A stretch of DNA of 61,528 nt, filler included. It is 7 parts of 7 records of this genome, joined end to end, with 100 filler letters (N's around TTAATTAATTAA, not from the genome) between each part and the next. Parts side by side here need not be neighbours in the genome. Positions count along the whole stretch, not along the records: positions 50,226 to 55,878 come from SRR31147125_37998; positions 55,979 to 61,528 come from SRR31147125_38030; 5 more parts are not named here. The stretch is one strand, 5' to 3'. Both the position numbers and the translations under genes were made by a program. The notes under the pieces are model-generated. The model did not search any database. It had not been told where the DNA came from and worked only from the letters and a program-made list of their open reading frames with translations. Shown here one piece after another: positions 53,698-61,528 of this stretch. Position 1 is the stretch's first letter. Every line of letters begins with the position of its first letter.

Positions 53698-55821
53698 ATG
53701 AAGCAAATAACACTTGCTTTTGCAGTGGTTTCTTTACTTATTACTACAGCAAAAGCTCAGCAACAAGCTGAAAAACAAGATACAATAAGACATTATCAAC
53801 TGGACGATATTGAAATTAAATCGCCCAAATACAACCGCAATATTTTCGAAATTCCGGCGGCTGCCAGTATGGTTTCCGAGCGCTTAATTGAAAATAACAA
53901 AGTGCAAAACCTCACCGATATTTCGGCAATTGTACCCAATTTTTTTATGCCCGATTACGGATCGAAACTAACCTCTCCGGTTTATATCAGAGGAGTTGGA
54001 AACCGTATAAATACACCCTCGGTTGGACTTTACGTAGATGGAATTCCTTACTTTGAAAAAGCAGCATTCAACTTCGATTTTTTTGATGTAGAACGCATTG
54101 AAGTTTTGCGCGGGCCACAGGGTACTTTGTACGGAAGAAATGCCATGGGTGGACTGATAAACATCATTACCAACCAACCTGATGATAAACGCCAAACCAG
54201 CGTTTCGCTCGATTATGGAAACCACAACCAGATTAACACACAAATTTCGCACAATCAACCCATTACAAAATCGTTTGCGGTACTTGGTAATTTTAGCCAA
54301 CGTCATAACGACGGCTTTTTTACCAACCAATTTAGCGGCGATAAAGTAGATGATTTGAATTCATATTCCGGGCGTTTGAAACTGCTGTTTACTCCTTCCG
54401 AAAGATTTAGAGCTTCGGGAAATATTCAATACGAAGACAGCGACCAGGGTGGATATCCGTATGCTATTTTTAACGACGATACAAACGCAGCCACAGACAT
54501 AAATTACAACCGCAAAAGTACTTACGATCGCAAACTTTTTTCCAGCGGATTAAACCTGCAATACACTGCCGATAAATACATAATTCGCGCAGTAAGTAGT
54601 TTTCAATCGGTAAACGACGGACAAGCTGTCGACCAGGATTTCACTCCGTCGGACCTGTATTTTGTTACGCAGGACCAGGATATAAATATGTTTTCGCAGG
54701 AAATAAATATTCAGTCGAAAGAAAACGAAAAATACGACTGGTTATTTGGAGCTTTTGCGTTTCACCAGAGTTTGGATAAAGAAGTGTTTTTGGAAATGGG
54801 TGAAGACCAGCTGGCCAACATGCCTTTTTCAGAATATTCGTACACCAAATATTACGACAACAGTAATTCCGGCATTGCATTTTTCCACCAGTCGACACTA
54901 AAATTTGGAGGACTTTCGCTTTCGGCAGGAATTCGTGCCGACTACGAAAAAGCAACGCTCGATTATATTTACGACAAATCGATAAACGGAAGTTTAAACA
55001 ACGCCGAAACATTCGACAGCGACATGGACTTTTTTGAGATCCTTCCGAAACTTGCCGTTAAATACAGCATTTCAGAATACATTGCTCCTTATGCAACTGT
55101 TGCCAAAGGTTACAATTCAGGAGGATTTAATTCAACTTTCGAGCGCGAAGAAGACCGTTCGTTCGACCCGGAAAGTTCGTGGAATTACGAAGCTGGAATT
55201 AAAACGAAATGGCTGAAACAGCGTATTTATGCCAATCTGGCTTTCTTTTATATTGATTGGGACAACCAGCAAATTTACCAAACCGTGCCCAGCGGAACAG
55301 GTTCGATGCTTACCAACGCAGCAAAATCGGAAAGCAAAGGTGTAGAGTTTGAAATAAAAGCATTGCCTGCAAAAAATCTGGAAACCTGGCTGGCATTTGG
55401 ATACAACGAAGCCAAGTTTGTGGAATACATAAAAGATGAAGCTACCGACGATTACGATGAAAGCGATAACGTTGATTACAGCGGAAATTACCTTCCTTAT
55501 GTACCTCGGTTTTCATTTAATATGGGAGCAAATTATTCGGTTGACATAGATAAAAATTGTCTCGATAAAATACGTTTTCACTTAACTTACAATGGTTTTG
55601 GAAAACATTACTGGAAAGAAACCAATATTGCATACCAGGATTATTACGGCTTATTAAACGGACGCGTAAGTTTCGAGCATAAAAATATTACGCTGGCAAT
55701 CTGGGGTAAAAACATCCTCGATAATGAGTACAACTCATTCTATTTCCAGGCACTTGGCAATTCGTATGCACAGCTTGGAAAACCAGCCACAATGGGCGTA
55801 AATTTGAAAGTGAAATTTTAA
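53698..55821 (+). CDS. TonB-dependent receptor (non-SusC)
   Basis: Plug YIRGVG...YVDG, ERIEVLRGPQGTLYGRNAMGGLINIIT; terminal Phe. Confidence 0.93.
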   Translation: MKQITLAFAVVSLLITTAKAQQQAEKQDTIRHYQLDDIEIKSPKYNRNIFEIPAAASMVSERLIENNKVQNLTDISAIVPNFFMPDYGSKLTSPVYIRGVGNRINTPSVGLYVDGIPYFEKAAFNFDFFDVERIEVLRGPQGTLYGRNAMGGLINIITNQPDDKRQTSVSLDYGNHNQINTQISHNQPITKSFAVLGNFSQRHNDGFFTNQFSGDKVDDLNSYSGRLKLLFTPSERFRASGNIQYEDSDQGGYPYAIFNDDTNAATDINYNRKSTYDRKLFSSGLNLQYTADKYIIRAVSSFQSVNDGQAVDQDFTPSDLYFVTQDQDINMFSQEINIQSKENEKYDWLFGAFAFHQSLDKEVFLEMGEDQLANMPFSEYSYTKYYDNSNSGIAFFHQSTLKFGGLSLSAGIRADYEKATLDYIYDKSINGSLNNAETFDSDMDFFEILPKLAVKYSISEYIAPYATVAKGYNSGGFNSTFEREEDRSFDPESSWNYEAGIKTKWLKQRIYANLAFFYIDWDNQQIYQTVPSGTGSMLTNAAKSESKGVEFEIKALPAKNLETWLAFGYNEAKFVEYIKDEATDDYDESDNVDYSGNYLPYVPRFSFNMGANYSVDIDKNCLDKIRFHLTYNGFGKHYWKETNIAYQDYYGLLNGRVSFEHKNITLAIWGKNILDNEYNSFYFQALGNSYAQLGKPATMGVNLKVKF

Positions 55822-55878
55822 AATAGCACAAGAAAGACCAGCTTCCGTGTTCGGTCTTCCGACTTTTTAATATGAAAA

Positions 55879-55978
55879 NNNNNNNNNNNNNNNNNNNNNN
55901 NNNNNNNNNNNNNNNNNNNNNNTTAATTAATTAANNNNNNNNNNNNNNNNNNNNNNNNNNNNNNNNNNNNNNNNNNNN
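55879..55978. other. Artificial contig-joining spacer
   Basis: N44-TTAATTAATTAA-N44. Confidence 0.98.
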
Positions 55979-56529
55979 AAGGAAAAAATCTCACATCGGA
56001 GCAAACAGTCGAAAAACCATGCATATTTGCTCAAGAATATGAAAACATTTATGAACAAGAATTTGAAAACAGCATAGAGGATTTAAAAACTGCTTGCTAT
56101 GTTGGCGGTGAAATTACTGAAAACACTTCACAAGAAATTATTGAAATTGGTGATGCAAGTGGACTTGATCGAGACGAAGTCTATATTGGGGCAACAGATA
56201 TTTCGCGCACAGTACAAGAGGGCGAAACAGAAACTACACTAACGATAGAAGAATACCATCAAATGTTATATGACCGTGGCTCTACAGGACTAGAACAGTA
56301 TGCTGAAACACTAAACTTTGCTAGTAAAGTAAACGCAAAGGGAAAGTTAATATATAAAGATGATTATGATGTTGGCGATAGAGTAACGTGTATACAAAAA
56401 TCATGGGGTATTAAAATTCATGTAAGAATAACAGAAATTACAGAAACATATCAAGATAATGAAGAAAATGTTGATATAACGTTTGGTGAAAGTTTACCGA
56501 CGTTATTTGATAAGCTGAATAAGAGGTAG
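55979..56529 (+). CDS. Siphovirus Gp37-like minor tail protein, 5' truncated
   Basis: GLDRDEVYI, YKDDYDVGDRVT...WGI..HVRITEITE and TFG motifs. Confidence 0.75.
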
Positions 56530-56534
56530 ATAAT

Positions 56535-58115
56535 ATGGAAAAATGCAGTTTTTTTAATTCGATTGATGGAGATAGAAAATATAAAACAGAAGAATGGGCG
56601 GAGTACTTTGCATCCTTTATCGGAAATGGAGTTTTCCCAAATCCATCTAATAATCTTACGGTTGTTGCCAATGGTGATATGACAGTAACGCTTAAGGCTG
56701 GCAAAGCATGGATAAACGGTTACTTTTACTATAATACCGATGATTTAATACTCACAATTGGTACTGCTGATGGCGTATTAGATAGAATAGATCGTATCGT
56801 AATACGCTTGGACTATTTAAACCGAGAAATAAAAGCATATTGTGTTAGTAGTGACATTGCTAGTTCTCCAACCGCTCATGTTCCTCAACGTGATGCAGAT
56901 ATATATGAATTAGCAGTTGCGGATATAGCAGTTAATAATGGTACAGTTGAAATCACACAAGATATGATAACGGATTTGCGTTTGGATACTTCTGTTTGTG
57001 GTTTAGTTTCTCAAACAGTACAGTCTATAGACACAAGTGATTTACTAGCACAAATGCAAAGCTGGTTTTATAGTTATAAAACTGATAAAGAAGATGAGTT
57101 TTACGCTTGGTTTAACTTTCTACAAGATGTACTGGATGAAAATGCTGAAACTAATATTCTTAATTTAATTGCAGACATTCAAAGTAATTATTCAAATCTA
57201 ATAAAAGACAGTGATGTCTACAACGATGTAGATGCAATGCTTGCAGATCAATCAAACCAAACCGAAGGACAATATTATCAAGCAGGTACAGATACATATA
57301 GAAAAAAAGCATCAACTACAGGTGAAATATCTGACTACGATGCTGTTGGTGGTGGCGGTGGCACTAGTCCAAACATATTAATAAACAGTAATTTTGACGA
57401 AAACATAAGAAATTATACATCTGGTGCAACATTGGCATCTGGAAAGTTTGGACATGATAGATGGAAAGCTGGGGCATCTGGCGGTGACTACACGTATACA
57501 GATGTAGAAAACACACGCGCAATTACGATTGCAACGGGAAAAACAGATATACAAACAGTAGAAGGTAAAAAACTATCAAGTGGTAACTACACACTTTCAT
57601 GGAAAGGAACAGCACAAGCGAAGGTAGGAGTTGGCAGTTTTTCAAGCTCACCAATAACGGCAAGTGTAACAGGTGGTACTGATTTAGATATTGAATTTAA
57701 CGAAGGAACAGTATATGAACCGATGTTTGTGGTTGGTGATAAAGAAGCGGACTATTATTATGAAGATCCAAAGGATAATCAAGCAAGATGTGGCAGGTAT
57801 GCAAAGATAATTAAAGGTGGAACAATTAGTGGGGCTAGGATTCTAAACGGTATATGTGCATCGACTGTAACGGCATCATTTCCAATATACAATATATTAT
57901 CAGATATGAGAACCGGACTGCCAACATTAACATTTTCAAATGCGACTGATTTTACAGTAGTATCGGATGGTGCTGGTGTAACTACTATTACTAATATATC
58001 TTTTAGTGCGCCATATACTTTACGAGCTTCATCATCAGGCATGTCTACAGCTAAGGTGGCTCAACTTAGAGATACTGGGAATAGCGGTTGGATATTGTTG
58101 GATGATGAAATTTAA
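56535..58115 (+). CDS. Phage baseplate/tail-fibre protein
   Basis: N-terminus SFFNSIDGDRKY...FIGNGVF...GKAWINGY...RIDRIVIRLD...ITDLRLD...CG is common in siphovirus baseplate proteins; Gly linker, then a NILINSNF domain. Confidence 0.75.
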   Translation: MEKCSFFNSIDGDRKYKTEEWAEYFASFIGNGVFPNPSNNLTVVANGDMTVTLKAGKAWINGYFYYNTDDLILTIGTADGVLDRIDRIVIRLDYLNREIKAYCVSSDIASSPTAHVPQRDADIYELAVADIAVNNGTVEITQDMITDLRLDTSVCGLVSQTVQSIDTSDLLAQMQSWFYSYKTDKEDEFYAWFNFLQDVLDENAETNILNLIADIQSNYSNLIKDSDVYNDVDAMLADQSNQTEGQYYQAGTDTYRKKASTTGEISDYDAVGGGGGTSPNILINSNFDENIRNYTSGATLASGKFGHDRWKAGASGGDYTYTDVENTRAITIATGKTDIQTVEGKKLSSGNYTLSWKGTAQAKVGVGSFSSSPITASVTGGTDLDIEFNEGTVYEPMFVVGDKEADYYYEDPKDNQARCGRYAKIIKGGTISGARILNGICASTVTASFPIYNILSDMRTGLPTLTFSNATDFTVVSDGAGVTTITNISFSAPYTLRASSSGMSTAKVAQLRDTGNSGWILLDDEI

Positions 58116-58125
58116 GGAGAAAAAT

Positions 58126-58503
58126 ATGAATAAGCATTACATAAGAATAAAAGAAGGAACAGATTTAATAATATATGGATTTTCAACAGCATTTGAGCAA
58201 CCACAAAAAGATGATATCTGTATTGATGAAAATAATGATAGACATTTTCACATGCTTGTTGATGACAATTACACAAGAGTAACAAGCTTCGAAGATGAAT
58301 GTGGTTGTATCATATATAAATATTTGGGAAATGGAAAAGCTACGCACGCAACTGATGAAGATAATGCGGAAACAATTGCAGAATATGAAAAATCTTTATC
58401 TAAATTGACAGTAGAAGAGCAATTAAAAATTGCAGAACAAGAAAGATTGAATATTCAATTAGCTCTAGTTGAATTGTATATGCAAGGAAATGGAGGTTCT
58501 TAA
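58126..58503 (+). CDS. Phage hypothetical protein (tail-fibre associated)
   Basis: AAGGAG RBS before MNKHYIR; C-terminal IQLALVELY pattern. Confidence 0.65.
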   Translation: MNKHYIRIKEGTDLIIYGFSTAFEQPQKDDICIDENNDRHFHMLVDDNYTRVTSFEDECGCIIYKYLGNGKATHATDEDNAETIAEYEKSLSKLTVEEQLKIAEQERLNIQLALVELYMQGNGGS

Positions 58504-58505
58504 AT

Positions 58506-58619
58506 ATGTTGAATGTATTTATTGATTTAGTAAAAAAAGGTGCATTATCTATTGATAAAGTTCCTGAAAAATTCAAGGATGATGTTATATCAGAATTGGG
58601 GTTAGATGGAAATGATTAA
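58506..58619 (+). CDS. Small CD1375/XkdX-like phage protein
   Basis: Manually translated MLNVFIDLVKKGALSIDKVPEKFKDDVISELGLDGND; GGAGG RBS upstream. Confidence 0.6.
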   Translation: MLNVFIDLVKKGALSIDKVPEKFKDDVISELGLDGND

Positions 58620-58794
58620 TTTCATTATAAAAATATTTTTCAGGAAGGAGAAAAGAACTGTGGCTATAGTATTTGCAACACTAATAATTAAAGGTGCGTT
58701 TGATTATTCTAAAGTACCAGATGGTATTAAGAATCAAGTTGATGAAACACTCACACTTCTTGATTGTGAACATTTAATAGAAAATGCAGAATAG
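58606..58794 (+). CDS. Second small CD1375-like phage protein (probable GTG start near 58660)
   Basis: AIVFATLIIKG...SKVP..IKNQV...L..LDC pattern; AAGGAG before the GTG. Confidence 0.6.
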   Translation: MEMINFIIKIFFRKEKRTVAIVFATLIIKGAFDYSKVPDGIKNQVDETLTLLDCEHLIENAE

Positions 58795-58821
58795 CAAGAA
58801 AAGAAATAAATAGACAAAAGC

Positions 58822-58847
58822 AAGCACCTAGAAACAGGTGTTTTTTT
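58822..58847 (+). terminator. Intrinsic terminator before the lysis module
   Basis: AAGCACCT-AGAAAC-AGGTGTTT followed by a T-run. Confidence 0.7.
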
Positions 58848-58863
58848 AATGCAATTATAAGGA

Positions 58864-60417
58864 GTGGAAATGATGACTGATACAGAAAACAATCAAGTAA
58901 CTGGACAACAAATATACGAATATTATTTGCACGTAAAGAAAGAAAAAAATCAAATCGCAGCTGTTAAGGCTGTTTGTGAAGTTGTTGAACCAATATTTGA
59001 CGAGTATGTGTTGTTTGGTTTGTATAAGCCTGTAGCATTTGCTCAAATGATTATGGAAACAGGGTTGTTTGATTCAAAGCTATTCACTCAAGGTAACAAC
59101 GCTTTTGGAATAAAGGGCGAAGGCTACATTGGGGCAACTAAAGAGTTTGTTGATGGTCTAATGCAAGACTTCATTCTTGAATTTGGCGGTTACGAAACCC
59201 TAGAACGTGGCATTAGAGCATACTGTGAACTCGTAACTGGTGGCGATAGATATTTAAAATATAGAAAAGCACCCAACTTTGTTGATGCTGCAAAAGCAAT
59301 CAAAGCTTGCGGATATGCTACTGATCCAAACTATGTTGGCGACGGTGATATTTCTGATGGAAAGATTCTCGGCGTTCTCGATAATATTAAATACTACGAG
59401 TTAGATCATTTTATCAGGAATCCTTTGGATTCTAAAACACGGTATCAGCATGTTTGGCGAAACCTCAAGAAACATGGCAGAACATGGCATCTACGATATT
59501 GGTATCTGAAAGATCGCATAAAAGAGATCCAAAAAAGACTTCATTCTTTGGGATATTCTGTTGGTGAGATCGATGGCTGGTTTGGGAGTAAGACCGATAG
59601 AGCCATTTTTAAATTTCAAAGAGATAATAAGCTTGATGTTGATGGTGTTATCGGCATGGTTACATATGAAATGCTGTTCCCTGAAAAATTCACAGCTAAG
59701 TTGGTTATTCCTGATTTTAAAAACGAACAGGAAGAACAACCGATTGATGAAACACCAATCATTGAACCAATAGTAGAGCAAAAGGAACAACCAAAAGTAC
59801 AATCTGCTGTAGCAAGAGCTGCAGCTTTTGTATATAGAGGATTTGTTGGTACGAAAAACTTTAAAGCAAGCGAGATGGAAACGCATGGCAAAGTTAAAGC
59901 CAAGTATAGAAAAAACGCCCAATTTGTTTTGTATATGCTACAAGGTTTTAGAAACTACCTTAACTTCTTTGAAGCAGATAGATTTAGGATTGTTATAACC
60001 TCTGGTAATCGACCAAACAGCAAATTAAAAAGTTCATATCATATTACTGGGATTGCTGCTGATATCAGAATAGTAGATACGGTATTAAATCGTTATCTAA
60101 CATCTGATGAAGTTGGACTCCTGGTCTTATCTTATTTTGAACCAGAGCATTTGCAGGACTTGATTGATGGTAAAGACCCAAGCAAATATAGTTTAGTACT
60201 GTTAGGATTTGGATTTGGTGGATATTTGATCGTGCATCTAGACTTTGGTCTATGGTCTAAAGTTATTGGTGTTTATCTAAACGGTGGCGAGAGACCAGTT
60301 GAGTGGGGCTACAATGAATACGCTACAGGTGATGATAGCCAATCATGGTTTGACCAAGATGTTAAAAAGTATGTTGCTAAATATACTCCACTGATTGATA
60401 TAGGAAAGGCGGCATAG
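58864..60417 (+). CDS. Modular endolysin: GH73 glucosaminidase, PG_binding_1 and Peptidase M15-like domain
   Basis: AQMIMETG, NNAFGIKG and GYATDPNY (GH73); IDGWFGSKT..AIFKFQRD..L.VDGVIG (PG-binding); SGNR...SYHITGIAADI...VHLD (M15). Confidence 0.82.
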   Translation: MEMMTDTENNQVTGQQIYEYYLHVKKEKNQIAAVKAVCEVVEPIFDEYVLFGLYKPVAFAQMIMETGLFDSKLFTQGNNAFGIKGEGYIGATKEFVDGLMQDFILEFGGYETLERGIRAYCELVTGGDRYLKYRKAPNFVDAAKAIKACGYATDPNYVGDGDISDGKILGVLDNIKYYELDHFIRNPLDSKTRYQHVWRNLKKHGRTWHLRYWYLKDRIKEIQKRLHSLGYSVGEIDGWFGSKTDRAIFKFQRDNKLDVDGVIGMVTYEMLFPEKFTAKLVIPDFKNEQEEQPIDETPIIEPIVEQKEQPKVQSAVARAAAFVYRGFVGTKNFKASEMETHGKVKAKYRKNAQFVLYMLQGFRNYLNFFEADRFRIVITSGNRPNSKLKSSYHITGIAADIRIVDTVLNRYLTSDEVGLLVLSYFEPEHLQDLIDGKDPSKYSLVLLGFGFGGYLIVHLDFGLWSKVIGVYLNGGERPVEWGYNEYATGDDSQSWFDQDVKKYVAKYTPLIDIGKAA

Positions 60418-60502
60418 AAGCAAATAAGAGAATAGCATAAATAATAAATTAAGATGGAGCGAAAGCTCTTTTTATTTTACGGAAAAGATAGGAAATAACA
60501 AA

Positions 60503-60772
60503 ATGTTTAGTACAGTATTAAATTCAGTTTTAGGTTTTATATCGACCGCACTTGTAGCTTATATGCTAAAAGAGTTAAAAAAATTGAAAACCAACAATCA
60601 AATGACAAACAGTCTTGCATTAAGTGCAATGACAAGAATATACGAAGATTGCAAACAAAATGGCAAAACTGAGCTAAAGAAAATGCAGTTTTATGACCTG
60701 TATGATAAATACATTAAAAATGGCGGTAATAGTTATGCGAAGGATTTGAATAAAAAATTCTCCAAGCTATAA
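60503..60772 (+). CDS. Small membrane protein of the lysis module
   Basis: N-terminal TM and a LYDKY...GGNS motif common in phage lysis-region proteins. Confidence 0.65.
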   Translation: MFSTVLNSVLGFISTALVAYMLKELKKLKTNNQMTNSLALSAMTRIYEDCKQNGKTELKKMQFYDLYDKYIKNGGNSYAKDLNKKFSKL

Positions 60773-60808
60773 ATAATTAAATAAAAGAAAGTTGAGGAAC
60801 AAAAGAAA

Positions 60809-61348
60809 ATGAAAAAGATATTAACCTTTGTTTTAGTGCTTCTGGTTGCAGTAGCATTATTTTTTATGACTGGGTGCGGAATGCCACTATCTAATGATGG
60901 GGTAGCTGTGCAACTATTTGAACAGTTAGATTTAATGACTGTTTTGGTATGCATAATCATTGCTGTTGCTATGACCGTGTTGCTCATGGTCGTTGTACCG
61001 TGGATGATAAAAAAAGGATGGTTAACACAAACGTTGCTAGCTAGAATATATAAATATGTTGATACAGCAGACAGAATAACAGATATTGCAGTTGAAGCAG
61101 TACCGAATAGTAAAATTATAACCGTTATCGATGATATTGTAGATTATGCGAAAATTGGAGTACAAAGAGCAGAGCAGTTATATAAAACGCATAGTCTCTC
61201 TAAAGATGACCGAAAAGCTGTTGCAATTCAGTTTACAAAAGATCTCTTAGTTGAGCTTGGATATGAGATTACAGAAACACAAGAAAAGATCATTGATGGT
61301 AGCGTTGAAGCTGCTGTTTATACTCTAGGATATATACAAAATAAATAG
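60809..61348 (+). CDS. Holin, LL-H-like
   Basis: Hydrophobic segments followed by GVQRAEQLY...RKAVA...IEGSVEAAV-like pattern (IIDGSVEAAV). Confidence 0.7.
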   Translation: MKKILTFVLVLLVAVALFFMTGCGMPLSNDGVAVQLFEQLDLMTVLVCIIIAVAMTVLLMVVVPWMIKKGWLTQTLLARIYKYVDTADRITDIAVEAVPNSKIITVIDDIVDYAKIGVQRAEQLYKTHSLSKDDRKAVAIQFTKDLLVELGYEITETQEKIIDGSVEAAVYTLGYIQNK

Positions 61349-61377
61349 CTTATTACTATTTTTTTCTCCATTATTTT

Positions 61378-61410
61378 ACGACCCTCATTAATTTTGAGGG
61401 TCGTTTTTTT
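61378..61410 (+). terminator. Intrinsic terminator after the holin
   Basis: ACGACCCTCA-TTAATTT-TGAGGGTCGT followed by a T-run. Confidence 0.85.
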
Positions 61411-61464
61411 AGTTTTATAAAGAACTTGTGTGATAATAATGTGATAATTATAAACTATGGTATC

Positions 61465-61488
61465 AAAAAAGCCCTGTAAACAGGGCTT
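61465..61488 (-). terminator. Terminator-like hairpin downstream of the tRNA (minus strand)
   Basis: AAGCCCTG-TAAA-CAGGGCTT preceded by an A-run, which is a T-tail on the minus strand. Confidence 0.65.
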
Positions 61489-61499
61489 AAATGCTTATT

Positions 61500-61528
61500 T
61501 GGCGGAGAAGGAGGGATTTGAACCCTCG
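61500..61528 (-). tRNA. 3' end of a tRNA, probably tRNA-Ser; likely prophage att core; truncated by the window edge
   Basis: Reverse complement CGAGGGTTCAAATCCCTCCTTCTCCGCCA contains a T-arm, the acceptor strand, a G discriminator and CCA. The anticodon is not visible. Confidence 0.8.

Larger units (their letters stand above)
55979..61528 (+). mobile_element. Right end of a Firmicutes siphovirus-type prophage (tail, lysis module, att at tRNA-Ser)
   Basis: Co-oriented tail, endolysin and holin genes followed by a terminator, a direct repeat pair and a tRNA 3' end. Confidence 0.85.

Noticed and set aside
1339-59922. Numerous 60-200 aa antisense or overlapping ORFs in the track
   Set aside because: They overlap well-supported genes and show no recognisable motifs; shadow ORFs.

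Overview
The window is not one locus. It is seven contigs joined by identical artificial 100-nt spacers (N44-TTAATTAATTAA-N44), so synteny only holds within each block. Taxonomic labels below are inferred from gene content and style. Block A (1-17087, FCB-group, KSB1/Calditrichota-like) is housekeeping: MBL hydrolases, DUF1015, redoxin, patatin-POTRA-barrel, GTDC1-like glycosyltransferase, ABC-F, PPi-PFK, pheA, envC-like, holB, PSP1/ricT, metG. Block B (17188-23980, Clostridia-like) has a Xer-type recombinase, lexA with an SOS-box promoter, and mutS-mutL-miaA-hfq-ynbB. Block C (24081-36329) is accessory: secreted beta-propeller and FG-GAP repeat proteins, an orphan CopG/BrnA antitoxin, lipid kinase and PAP2, three ~180-210 bp palindromic REPIN/MITE-like elements (two bracket a GH28 gene), and a sulfatase. 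Block D (36430-43451, Bacteroidota) has GH97, an MBL, and a Crp/Fnr regulator divergent from an octaheme Otr-type cytochrome, a cytochrome b-PAS fusion and a rhodanese lipoprotein ending in GGC. Block E (43552-50125) has SusC/SusD and a YdjC-serine hydrolase fusion. Block F (50226-55878) has a porin, an ICMT-like protein, an amidohydrolase, and a small RPPP-ending ORF upstream of a TonB-dependent receptor. Block G (55979-61528) is the tail/lysis end of a Firmicutes siphovirus-type prophage abutting a tRNA-Ser 3' end. Many genes are split by single-base homopolymer indels, most likely sequencing errors. Best candidates for undescribed biology: the Otr/cytochrome b-PAS/GGC-rhodanese module, the putative RPPP arrest-peptide regulator of the TonB receptor, and the palindromic repeat family around GH28. 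No database searches were run; family calls come from recognised motifs.
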